Source: a virus (lineage: Duplodnaviria; Caudoviricetes). From it: a DNA stretch of 37,426 nucleotides. Of this stretch, positions 7,514-16,955 are shown piece after piece (positions within the stretch are counted from its first letter, which is position 1; each line of letters starts with the position of its first letter). The stretch lies in the IMG/VR virus record IMGVR_UViG_3300033489_000031, positions 1 to 37,426 of that record; one strand, given 5' to 3'. The notes below the pieces were generated by a model. That model saw only the letters and a list, made by a program, of their open reading frames with translations, ran no database searches and was not told the DNA's origin. A program made the position numbers and the translations under genes.

Positions 7514-7693
7514 ATGCTAGTTACCCTGCCAAAAATTAGTATTTTGTTTATCATCATGCGAGCGCGAAAAATTATGAAGATTATCGATGAACTGTCAGAT
7601 GTTGTTATTCAATATCGTGCAGGTGCAACAATAATTGAACTACAAAAAGAATTAAAAGACGTTTTTACTGCAATTGAGGCACTTTTCAACTAA
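7514..7693 (+). CDS. Small hypothetical protein (59 aa), not in ORF track
   Basis: GGAGG RBS; MLVTLPKISILFIIMRARK...EALFN. Confidence 0.7.
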   Translation: MLVTLPKISILFIIMRARKIMKIIDELSDVVIQYRAGATIIELQKELKDVFTAIEALFN

Positions 7694-7723
7694 TCATACC
7701 GTGACAAAAAGAGGGAGTCTGGT

Positions 7724-9082
7724 ATGATAAGTAAATTTAAAAAAGACAAAATAAAAACGGAATGTATTCTAGAGTTTTTCCCCGAACAAGATACATTTGC
7801 CAAAGCCGTTTTTTCAGGCTCCTACAATTACCTTGCCTTTGCTGGTGATGTTCGTTCAGGTAAAACAATTTGTATTCTTGGTATTCTGATTACCCTTTGT
7901 AAAATATATCCTAATTCTCGATGGGTAGTAGTCCGCAAAGATTTGCCAACATTGAAAAGAACAACACTTCCAACATTTAATAAATACTGTAATCCCTCCA
8001 GTTTTCGGGAAAGTTTTAATCGAACTGATTTTATTTACACAGCAGTAAATCAATCTCAAATTTTATTTATGCCTGAAAGCATTAGTGAAGATCCCGATTT
8101 AAATAGATTTAAAGGATTCGAGGCGAATGGTTTTTTCCTGAATCAACCAGAGGAATTATCTATTAACACGTTTTATACGACATCTCAACGTGCAGGACAA
8201 TGGAGAATAAAGCCGATGCCACCGGCATTATTAATACTTGATCCAAATCCTAATAACACATGGTTCAAATCATTATTTTACGATCCATGGAAGGAAGGTA
8301 CATTAAAATCAAAATACTATTTTCAGGAAGCAAAGATTTCAAAAAATCCACATATTGGCGATGAGTATATTGATTTACAAAGAGATACGTTACCTCCTGA
8401 ATTATTTAAACGATATTTTTGTCGAGAATGGGAGGAGATCGATGAGGCGTATCAACTAGTTCCGTTCGAATATATTAAACAATGTAGAGACGAAGTTACG
8501 TGTGACGACGAAACTCTTTATATGGGGGTTGACATTGGTTGGTCTGGTTCTGACCCTACTGTTGCAACAATTTTAAAAGGCTATAATATTATTCATCGTG
8601 ATAAACTTGACAAAAGTAAAACGACTGAATCAAGGGATTTTATTATTAATAAAATGATGCAATTCGGTATAGATCAAAATAATGTTGTCGTTGATAATGT
8701 CGGTATTGGTGGTGGAGTGTGTGACGAACTGGAAGAAAAACGGATTTATGTTCATCGGTTTACAGCAGGTGAAGCATGCGATGAATCATTTGGTGATATA
8801 GGATTAAGATTTTTAAATATACGTGCATTTGCTCAATGGATGGTCAAAGAAGAATTAAAGCATAAAAGGGCGGGTAACTTTACAGATCAAAGATTGATTT
8901 CAGATTGTAGATCAATAAAATATAAAATTAGTGATGAAAAAGAAATTCGTATTGAAGATAAAGAACAAATTAAAAAACGGTTAGGTAGATCTCCTGATTT
9001 TTGGGAGTCATATTATTATGCTGTATGGGCACGAATAAAAGAAAATTTTATTAGTAAACCAGGTATTAGAGGTATTAATTAG
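7724..9082 (+). CDS. terL: Terminase large subunit
   Basis: Walker A-like GDVRSGKT, variant Walker B FFLNQPEE, motif III DPNP, nuclease GVDIG..G.D, VVDNVGIGGGV, RLGRSPD. Confidence 0.93.
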   Translation: MISKFKKDKIKTECILEFFPEQDTFAKAVFSGSYNYLAFAGDVRSGKTICILGILITLCKIYPNSRWVVVRKDLPTLKRTTLPTFNKYCNPSSFRESFNRTDFIYTAVNQSQILFMPESISEDPDLNRFKGFEANGFFLNQPEELSINTFYTTSQRAGQWRIKPMPPALLILDPNPNNTWFKSLFYDPWKEGTLKSKYYFQEAKISKNPHIGDEYIDLQRDTLPPELFKRYFCREWEEIDEAYQLVPFEYIKQCRDEVTCDDETLYMGVDIGWSGSDPTVATILKGYNIIHRDKLDKSKTTESRDFIINKMMQFGIDQNNVVVDNVGIGGGVCDELEEKRIYVHRFTAGEACDESFGDIGLRFLNIRAFAQWMVKEELKHKRAGNFTDQRLISDCRSIKYKISDEKEIRIEDKEQIKKRLGRSPDFWESYYYAVWARIKENFISKPGIRGIN

Positions 9083-9090
9083 GAGGTTTT

Positions 9091-9627
9091 ATGGCTACAA
9101 AATTTGATAATGAAAGTGCATTAATAAATTATTTGAATTTTACATTTGGTATTGAAAATGTAAGTGGTTCAGAAATTGAATATAGATCCCCTTATTTTAC
9201 TATTAGTAAAGGTGAATGGGTGCCGAACAGTAAAATGAAAGTAATTTTGAAAAAAATTTCGGTTGAAGAGACTTCAGAAGTTAAAGAGCAGTCGAACACA
9301 CAAATTTTTCATTTTAAAGTACATAAAGTTTCCGGATTTTGTTGGTTCGAGGATTCAGTACCAACAAAACACGGGTATACTGGATGTTTTCGGGATGATC
9401 TGGAAACATGGTTTAAAACACAGTCTCCAGTTCTGGCACCCGCACGTGAATTAGTAGTAAAAGAATATATCGGAACATCGTATAAAGAAAGTGCGGCAAT
9501 TGTGCAATACTGGACTAACGTGGAACCTCCTGTAAAAAAAGTTTTCAGGATATCATATAACATTGCTGGTAATATGGTTCAAAGAGAATTGACAGACAGA
9601 AATGAATGGCCGCTTGAGGCAAGGTAA
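9091..9627 (+). CDS. Hypothetical protein (possibly virion-associated)
   Basis: AGGAGG RBS; first gene of insert between terL and portal. Confidence 0.7.
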   Translation: MATKFDNESALINYLNFTFGIENVSGSEIEYRSPYFTISKGEWVPNSKMKVILKKISVEETSEVKEQSNTQIFHFKVHKVSGFCWFEDSVPTKHGYTGCFRDDLETWFKTQSPVLAPARELVVKEYIGTSYKESAAIVQYWTNVEPPVKKVFRISYNIAGNMVQRELTDRNEWPLEAR

Positions 9628-9629
9628 TT

Positions 9630-10703
9630 ATGTATCTGGATAGTAAATTTAGAATACCAATTAAAGTTGATGCTGCGAATGTTTTTGCTGATGCTGTAAA
9701 TGTGCCGGTTTATTTATCAGGTGCAGGTGCTAGTTTACAGTATGCAATTGCAAATTCATTCAGAGCAGATGGAAGTGACTTGGTTATAACAACAACTGAT
9801 GATATCTTGATACCATTTGACAGATTTGTATTTAGTAAAGCTGGCGGAATTTTGGGTGTTGTTTATAGAGATCCTATACAAAGTATAGTTGACGGAGGAA
9901 CTAGTTTATTGTTACAGGGAGGTGGTGAACTCGTAAATGTAGCAAGTTCTCCTGTAACATGGCAAAATAATTATGATGGAGTGATTGACCACGTGCTTGG
10001 TTTTCATGGCGAAGAAGTAAGCGGTAATTTGATTGATTTTACAGGGAATTATACCACAAACACGTCGAATATCGGGGCATACGTACAAACTGGACAAATA
10101 GAGAATAGTCCTCTTTTCAATGGTAACAATTCACAGGTAAGTACACTGAATTTTACGCATCTAAATAGTCTTGCAGGATTTACAATACAGATATGGATTA
10201 AACCTACTGCCAGCAATGTTGTTGACTATCTGGCGTATTTTCCCAAAGACGGGAATAACCGGATTGAACTGTATACACACAGCAATGGTAATATGTATTT
10301 TGCCGTTCACAGTGGGGGGGTAACGTATGTAACACTGGTCGGTTATGCAACAAGTTTTCCAGCAGGACAACTCAGGCTATTGTCGGCAGTGTTCAATGGC
10401 ACAGCCGGTTATTTAAAAATATTTTCGAACGTTACCGATTTGAGTACCGTGTTGACGGGTATCATACCGGCGACAACAGCAAATATGGGTAGTGCTCTGA
10501 CGTTTAAATTTGGTATCAATGACGGTACCGCATTCGGCGGACTGATGGACGAAATTAAGATACTGAATGGTACATTGTCCATTGAAAATATTCAAGGACA
10601 ATACGATAACCAGAACGGATTTTCTACTAATGCTGTTTTAGAAATTGGTGATGTTGATTTTGGTGATGGCAATTTTATACAACATTATTATAAACTTTAC
10701 TAA
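9630..10703 (+). CDS. DUF2341-like + LamG/concanavalin A-like lectin domain protein (putative head fibre)
   Basis: FRADGSDLVIT N-terminal motif; FTIQIWIKP and FGGLMDEIKILNGTLS LamG signatures. Confidence 0.8.
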   Translation: MYLDSKFRIPIKVDAANVFADAVNVPVYLSGAGASLQYAIANSFRADGSDLVITTTDDILIPFDRFVFSKAGGILGVVYRDPIQSIVDGGTSLLLQGGGELVNVASSPVTWQNNYDGVIDHVLGFHGEEVSGNLIDFTGNYTTNTSNIGAYVQTGQIENSPLFNGNNSQVSTLNFTHLNSLAGFTIQIWIKPTASNVVDYLAYFPKDGNNRIELYTHSNGNMYFAVHSGGVTYVTLVGYATSFPAGQLRLLSAVFNGTAGYLKIFSNVTDLSTVLTGIIPATTANMGSALTFKFGINDGTAFGGLMDEIKILNGTLSIENIQGQYDNQNGFSTNAVLEIGDVDFGDGNFIQHYYKLY

Positions 10704-10714
10704 GGAGAATTAAT

Positions 10715-11020
10715 ATGGAATATCCACGAGCATTGTTACAACCACCGTACACATGGTTCCAAAATGTAGATGTTTCGGTAAAAGATTTCGGCGTACCGTC
10801 TACGGTTATTGCCTGTGAATTACGTGTATGGGGCGGGGAAAAGGGAAGCATAAAAATTAATACGCCGAGAAAAACCGGAGAAAGTTTACATGTAGCTGTT
10901 ATCGACGGGGACATTTTTAGAGTCGAAGTGACGAAAATATGGCGAGTGGGTACTACTACGTCATTACGAAATACTATTACTATTTTTGGCTTTTTCAAAA
11001 CCGATTTTGTGCAATATTAA
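10715..11020 (+). CDS. Putative head-spike base protein (RcGTA Rcc01079-like)
   Basis: ~100 aa; LRVWGG..G.IKI...G.IF.VEVTKIWRVGTT pattern resembles that family; AAGGAG RBS. Confidence 0.6.
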   Translation: MEYPRALLQPPYTWFQNVDVSVKDFGVPSTVIACELRVWGGEKGSIKINTPRKTGESLHVAVIDGDIFRVEVTKIWRVGTTTSLRNTITIFGFFKTDFVQY

Positions 11021-11022
11021 TT

Positions 11023-12234
11023 ATGTTTACCGAAAAATATCAGAATAATGATCTAAGTATTATTAGTCAATTCAATGGCGGCATAGGTGTTGAGTGGAGT
11101 ATCGCTGCCGGAGAAGCTGTTGACGATATAGTAACTACATATAATAATACTAAATCCATTAAAATGACCAGTACCAATGCCGCAAATGCCCGTATTGATA
11201 AAGTTGTTTCTCTAAATGTTGCACTAAAACCAAATATCGAGTTATGGTATTATTGTGATCACAAGGAAAATCTGGACGGGCATTTGAAAATTTATTTACA
11301 GACTAAAAGTTCATGGTCACATCTGCAATACATCGATATAATTGTTTCAAGTTGCCTTGGTATCGGATGGCAAAAAATAAAATTTAATTTGAATGAATAT
11401 GGATGTTATGCAAATACAGGGACACCTGATTTTACCGATGTTACCACCATACGCATAGCTTTTAAATCAAAAGCCGGAACGACGGTCAACGTCTGGTTAC
11501 AGCATTTGTCAATATCTTCAAACAAACTGAAAAAGGGTATTATTATTTTGACTTGGGATGGTCTCTGGAAACAATTTTATACGTTAGGATTCCCAAAAAT
11601 GAAATCATTGGGATTTCATGGAACTTGTTTTCAGACAATTTCATGGATTACATCAAATCCGAATCACGCCAGTTATCTAACATTAAGTATGCTTTATAAT
11701 TTACAGAATAGTAGATTTGACATTGCGAGTCATACGCAAAATCATCTTGATTATAGTGCAGTATCACTGGCAGATGCTATTAATGATGTTTATCAGGGAT
11801 ATTATTATTTGACAATCAGGAGATTTAAAGCGGCACGTCTCATGGCGTGGCCGTATGGGATTCATCCTCAGACAGTAGAGGAGTCAATTACAAAATATTG
11901 TGATTTTGCGCGAAGCACGGATCGTTTCATGTTTGAGCGAGCTCCGTTTTCAAATCCCTATGCATTACGGTGTAGAGGTTTTGATAATACACTTACGCTG
12001 GTAAATGCAAAATTATTTGTTGATAATGCGGTTTCAACCAAAGCAGTTTTTATTCTTTTTGGACACAAGCTGGGCAGTGTGGCGGATAGTCTCACATGGA
12101 CTACCTCTGATTTCAATGATTTAATGGATTACATTAAAACAAAAGTTGATAGTGGTCTACTTTTGGTGCAGAGTTTATCGGAATATTTAAATTGTATCGG
12201 GCAAAACAAACAAACATTTTATAAAATAACATGA
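11023..12234 (+). CDS. Polysaccharide deacetylase (CE4/NodB-like) with N-terminal beta-sandwich domain
   Basis: IILTWDG, IASHTQNH, AWPYG, ILFGH motifs; probable start at ATG 11023. Confidence 0.8.
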   Translation: MFTEKYQNNDLSIISQFNGGIGVEWSIAAGEAVDDIVTTYNNTKSIKMTSTNAANARIDKVVSLNVALKPNIELWYYCDHKENLDGHLKIYLQTKSSWSHLQYIDIIVSSCLGIGWQKIKFNLNEYGCYANTGTPDFTDVTTIRIAFKSKAGTTVNVWLQHLSISSNKLKKGIIILTWDGLWKQFYTLGFPKMKSLGFHGTCFQTISWITSNPNHASYLTLSMLYNLQNSRFDIASHTQNHLDYSAVSLADAINDVYQGYYYLTIRRFKAARLMAWPYGIHPQTVEESITKYCDFARSTDRFMFERAPFSNPYALRCRGFDNTLTLVNAKLFVDNAVSTKAVFILFGHKLGSVADSLTWTTSDFNDLMDYIKTKVDSGLLLVQSLSEYLNCIGQNKQTFYKIT

Positions 12235-14381
12235 AATTTAATCTATTTAAAAAGAAAACTGAGGTTAGCAAACCAGGTGCACGTACTATTTTTCCAAATT
12301 TTGGAAATGAAATTTCACCGCTTGATAAAAGCTATAGTACATTATGTGCAAATTACAAAGGATGGGTATTTACCTGTATCAATAAAAAAGCTATGACTGT
12401 TGCGTGTACCCCATTAAAATTAAAAGCATACAGGCAAAATAAACAATATATTAAAGGTAATCATCTTAAGAGTTATTTACAAACGTATAAAAATAAATAT
12501 GAGCGTACTCGATATTTAAAGGAAATGAAAGTTGAGGAAATAGAATTATTCGAACATCCATTTCTTGATTTAATGACAAGACCTAATCCGATAATGACAC
12601 GTTTTGAGTTTTGGGTAAATCTCGTCATTAGATTGGAACTTGCCGGTTATTGTGGTGTTTATGTGGTCAAACACCCAATTTTAGGTACACCCGTAGAATT
12701 ATGGCCTTTACCGTTAAGAAAAGAAGCAACGTTAAATGTTATTCCCGATAGAGAAAAAATAATTGGTGGGTATATTTACAGAGACGGAAATATACAAGTG
12801 ACATTTAAACCAGATGAAATAGTCGTTTTTAAATATCCGAATCCTGATTCTGTCTACGAGGGATTATCAAAAATAATTACGCAAGAGTATCCATATAATA
12901 TTGATATTTATCTCGATCAACAACAATATAATTTATTAAGAAATAAGGCGACTTTTGGAAATGTATTTGAAACTGATGCACGTTTACATAAGGAAGCTGT
13001 TGATGCTCTAATTAGTGACATTGATGGTCAATTTGGTGGTGTTCTCAGTACCGGAAAACCGTTAGTTTTACATAGTGGTTTACATTTAAGAGATAGCAAA
13101 CTAACCCTTACTTCAAAAGATTTAGCGTTCAAGGAAATGTCTGAATTAGCGAGTGAAAAAATAATATCCGCATTTGATACTTCAAAAGGAAAACTAGGAA
13201 TAGTTACTGATGTAAACAGAGCGAACGCAGAAGCATTGGACGAAACATATTACAAAGAAGGAATCAAGCCAACATGTTTACTGATAGAGGAAGTTTTTGA
13301 ATCGTTCATTTTACCCCTTTATGATGAAAAAATTACCTGTGATTTTGAATTACCAACATTTAATAATCGTGAAATGGATTTACACGAAGATAGTGAATAT
13401 TTGAGTAGGGGAGTATATACTATCAATGAGGTTCGAGCAAGAAAAGGCGACGAACCGGTAGAATGGGGTGAATTGCCTTGGATGCCGTTTAGTTTAACGC
13501 AATACGGTTCAACATCAGATGCTACTGATAACGCTATTAAACTTTACAACAAGGCACTAGATAAAAATGTTATCTGGAAACAATTTTATGCATCACTGAT
13601 GAAAAAAGAAAAACTACTCTCTCCAGTTTTGCAAGCTCATTTTAAAAATCAGTTAAAAAATTTATTGGAGAAACTGGAAGGGAGAAAATCATTAAATTTG
13701 TACGATAATCTTATAGGTTTTTCGAGGATTAAGAGAAGAGAAGTTTTAGCTAAAGGAAAATTAGATGATTTAAATATTAATATATTTGATGAGACAAAAA
13801 AACTCATCGATTTACAGAGACCAGTTTTTTTTACTATAATACAGCAAACAGCAGAAGAAAAACTGGAAGCGCAAAAAATTATTACTGGTCTACTCGATTT
13901 GGAGTTTTCCGCTAATACAAATGTAGTGCAAACATGGTTAGGTAATCGTCTAGTGGAATATTCCAAACAAATAACAGGTGTAACACACAAAGAAGTTAAT
14001 ATTATTTTAGGTGAGGGATTTCAGGAAGGGATTTCAATCACTGAAATTGCTGATAGACTAAAAGCAAAATTTGAATCATACGATAAACATAGAGCATTGA
14101 TGATTGCACGTACTGAAAGCGTTGACGCGGTTAATTTTGCAGATTTACAAGTGATTAAACAAAATGATTTGGAAGCTCTGTTGCTCAAATTTTGGGTTAA
14201 TGAACCGGATGCGCGTGATTCACATCAACAAGCCGGTGTTATTTACAATGAGGAAAATGCGATTGAAATTGATGCATATTTTGAGGTTGGGGATGACAAA
14301 ATGTTGCATCCTGGTGGAGGTAGTTTAGCTAAAGAAAATGTAAATTGTAGATGTACTTTAGGATATGTAAAAAGGAGTTAA
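12231..14381 (+). CDS. Portal protein (HK97-like) fused to Mu gpF/SPP1 gp7-like minor head domain
   Basis: Portal motifs (HPFLDLMTRPNP, YTINEVR); C-terminal RALMIARTE...RDSH...NCRC. Confidence 0.92.
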   Translation: MKFNLFKKKTEVSKPGARTIFPNFGNEISPLDKSYSTLCANYKGWVFTCINKKAMTVACTPLKLKAYRQNKQYIKGNHLKSYLQTYKNKYERTRYLKEMKVEEIELFEHPFLDLMTRPNPIMTRFEFWVNLVIRLELAGYCGVYVVKHPILGTPVELWPLPLRKEATLNVIPDREKIIGGYIYRDGNIQVTFKPDEIVVFKYPNPDSVYEGLSKIITQEYPYNIDIYLDQQQYNLLRNKATFGNVFETDARLHKEAVDALISDIDGQFGGVLSTGKPLVLHSGLHLRDSKLTLTSKDLAFKEMSELASEKIISAFDTSKGKLGIVTDVNRANAEALDETYYKEGIKPTCLLIEEVFESFILPLYDEKITCDFELPTFNNREMDLHEDSEYLSRGVYTINEVRARKGDEPVEWGELPWMPFSLTQYGSTSDATDNAIKLYNKALDKNVIWKQFYASLMKKEKLLSPVLQAHFKNQLKNLLEKLEGRKSLNLYDNLIGFSRIKRREVLAKGKLDDLNINIFDETKKLIDLQRPVFFTIIQQTAEEKLEAQKIITGLLDLEFSANTNVVQTWLGNRLVEYSKQITGVTHKEVNIILGEGFQEGISITEIADRLKAKFESYDKHRALMIARTESVDAVNFADLQVIKQNDLEALLLKFWVNEPDARDSHQQAGVIYNEENAIEIDAYFEVGDDKMLHPGGGSLAKENVNCRCTLGYVKRS

Positions 14382-14383
14382 AA

Positions 14384-15529
14384 ATGTTGATAAAAAGAAA
14401 AGTTTATCAATCAGAAGTAAAAAGTTTTGACGATAAAGAGCTTATTATTGAGCATTTTATCACGGCTGAACAGAAAGATCGCGATGGTGATATCGTTCGC
14501 GTTGACGGGGTGGAATTTGATGGTATGCCGGTTGTTCTTAAGCAGCATGGAAAAGATCCGGTTCTTGGCTTTGAACCAATAGCAAAACCATTAGAGTTAA
14601 GAAAAGAAATAAATGATAAAGGAATTAAGGGAATTATTGCGCGAACGCAATATTATAACGGCGAACATTTAACACCACCGGATAATACAGGTCGAAAACT
14701 TTACGAAAAAGCAAAAAATGGTTTTATGCCTTACTGGTCCCTCGGTTTCAGGATTAAAGAAGCCGAAAATATCCCTGGTGGAGGTTTAGACATTTTAAAA
14801 AGTAGTGTTGTGGAATATTCTCAAGTAGGCGTCCCTGCTAATATCGGCGCGGACGTCATTAAAGATTTTGACAGTGAGAAACTGATTGAAAACTCAAATG
14901 TTTTATTGACATATGGATTGAAAAAAGATAAGGAAATGCTGTGTATTAGTACTAGTAGTGATGGTTCATTATGTGGTGTACTAGAAAAAAACTCAATAGA
15001 TACTCATATTGATATCATTAATAAAGTTGAGAATGAAAACAATTTTATTTTAACCACATTTAATGGTATTATTGAACTGGATAAAAAATCAGGTGCTATT
15101 ACATCTCATGATAATGATTATATCATAAAGTTGGTTGAACATAAAAATAATCTGAAATCGCTTCGAGAGCGTGTCGCAAGAACAATTACGTACGACGCTT
15201 TACAAACGTTATGGAATGGTTTTATGAGCGAAGTATTTAACAGTGATGGCAATAAAAAAACCGTTCTAGGAATTATTGATGAATTTGTAAATTTAATTAC
15301 TCCGTTTGTACTTGACTTGAATGGAGATCCTGAAAATCTGAATCTATTTAAAAATAAACATACTATTGACTCGTGTAATGATACTACATCAGTTGATAAT
15401 ACCGTTCTAATTCTTGAGGAAAATGAGCAACCAGTTACTGAACTGCCTGCTGATCTGGTCAGAATACTAAAAGATTCGGTACGTGATAATATAAAAGAAG
15501 AATTTAAAAAAATAACTGGTAAACTGTAA
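14384..15529 (+). CDS. HK97-type prohead protease with C-terminal extension (scaffold-like)
   Basis: DRDGDIV, VLKQH, WSLGF, EYSQVGVPAN; AAGGAG RBS before ATG 14384. Confidence 0.88.
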   Translation: MLIKRKVYQSEVKSFDDKELIIEHFITAEQKDRDGDIVRVDGVEFDGMPVVLKQHGKDPVLGFEPIAKPLELRKEINDKGIKGIIARTQYYNGEHLTPPDNTGRKLYEKAKNGFMPYWSLGFRIKEAENIPGGGLDILKSSVVEYSQVGVPANIGADVIKDFDSEKLIENSNVLLTYGLKKDKEMLCISTSSDGSLCGVLEKNSIDTHIDIINKVENENNFILTTFNGIIELDKKSGAITSHDNDYIIKLVEHKNNLKSLRERVARTITYDALQTLWNGFMSEVFNSDGNKKTVLGIIDEFVNLITPFVLDLNGDPENLNLFKNKHTIDSCNDTTSVDNTVLILEENEQPVTELPADLVRILKDSVRDNIKEEFKKITGKL

Positions 15530-15539
15530 AGGAGATTTT

Positions 15540-16904
15540 ATGGATGAACAAAAAGTATTAAAATTTGACATTAATAGTTTGACAGAAATGATTAAAAATA
15601 TTGTACAGGAGTCAACAAAAGAAGAAATAATTCAGTTAAAAAGGGAAATTAATGATTTCGGAAGAAAAAGTGTTTTCCCTCATGGTGATGGAAACGAACT
15701 ACAATCTATTTCAGGTAATGATGGTGATTGTTCAATAATTGATACATCACATTTTAAAAAATCGTTTAACATCAAAAATGCACTGAATTTTGAACACGGT
15801 TCAACGATGATGGGTAGAGAATTAGTAAGTTTGGGTGTTCCTTTTAAACGATTATCAAAAGAAATGGAACAATTTGCATTTATAATGAAGCAAAAGGGAA
15901 ATTTACTGAGTGCGCAACAATCAGGGCTTAATATAAAAGATTATAATAATCAATGCTATGAGAAATATGTCAAAGTGGGTGTAAATCTTGGTGATTTATT
16001 CCAAAAACAGGCAGGACTTTCGGAGGGATTGTTGACTCACGGCGGAGCTTTAGTACCGATTGAATTTTATACAGCAATTATAGAATTTGCGATTGCTCAG
16101 TCCCGTATCCTTTCGCAAGTGTGGCGATTACCGATGAGTAGGCAGGTTTTAAATATACCGAGATTGAATCAAGCTGCTAATCAATATTTTGGTGGTATCA
16201 TTATGTATTCTCCAGGTGAAGGAGGGGAAAAAACTTCGTCACATCCGACATTTGAACAGTTGACGTTTACTGCAAAAAAACGAGCTGCTTTGGTTCATAT
16301 AACTGACGAACTAATTGATGATTCAGCTATAAATATTGTGAACTATCTTGTAGCATTAGTTACAAGGGCATTTCAATTCGATATGGAGGGAAGAATAATT
16401 TCAGGTGTATTAAATGCTAATATTCCATGCGTTGGAATCACTCAAGATCCATTTATAACAGTAACAGCGAGACAAAATGCTGGACAAATATCGTATAGGG
16501 ATATTTTTAACATGGATGCTAATATTGATGAGAATTTTAGCGACTTATCATGGCTAACACGGAAAGCTTCGGCAATTCAACTAGTTTCATTAGTTGATAA
16601 TAACAACCGACCAATTTTCTATGATCGTTACGATACATTTTCTCAAAGTCCGACAAGAATTCCGCAATTATTGAATTATCCTGTTTACTACACAAGAAAT
16701 TGTGCTCAAACAGGACTTACAGGAGATTTAATTCTATGTGATCTTGGTTGGTATCTTGTAACCATGAGACAAGAAATGGCGATAGATGTCAGTAATGCAC
16801 CACGATTTCCATTTGACGAAACTTCTGTTCGATTTGTTTCACGCTACGACGGACGTGCTGCTGTTCCGGAAGCGTTTACGTATCTTGGTGGCGTATCTAG
16901 TTAA
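15540..16904 (+). CDS. Major capsid protein (HK97 fold)
   Basis: GGALVP, ITDELIDDS, LVDNNNRPI, RYDG...PEAF motifs; N-terminal delta-like region. Confidence 0.95.
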   Translation: MDEQKVLKFDINSLTEMIKNIVQESTKEEIIQLKREINDFGRKSVFPHGDGNELQSISGNDGDCSIIDTSHFKKSFNIKNALNFEHGSTMMGRELVSLGVPFKRLSKEMEQFAFIMKQKGNLLSAQQSGLNIKDYNNQCYEKYVKVGVNLGDLFQKQAGLSEGLLTHGGALVPIEFYTAIIEFAIAQSRILSQVWRLPMSRQVLNIPRLNQAANQYFGGIIMYSPGEGGEKTSSHPTFEQLTFTAKKRAALVHITDELIDDSAINIVNYLVALVTRAFQFDMEGRIISGVLNANIPCVGITQDPFITVTARQNAGQISYRDIFNMDANIDENFSDLSWLTRKASAIQLVSLVDNNNRPIFYDRYDTFSQSPTRIPQLLNYPVYYTRNCAQTGLTGDLILCDLGWYLVTMRQEMAIDVSNAPRFPFDETSVRFVSRYDGRAAVPEAFTYLGGVSS

Positions 16905-16926
16905 TTATTTTTATAATAGAAAGGAC

Positions 16927-16955
16927 AAGAGTAGGGGTATATCCCTACTCTTCTT
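16927..16955 (+). terminator. Perfect 10-bp hairpin after capsid gene (attenuator and/or SD-bridging stem)
   Basis: AAGAGTAGGG-GTATAT-CCCTACTCTT; AAGGA lies 5' of stem, ATG 3 nt 3' of stem. Confidence 0.65.

Noticed and set aside
10939-11022. Longer upstream starts given in the ORF track (also 5427, 14351, 23156, 26330, 26484, 33936)
   Set aside because: Most overlap upstream genes extensively; downstream ATGs have better RBS or stop-start coupling.
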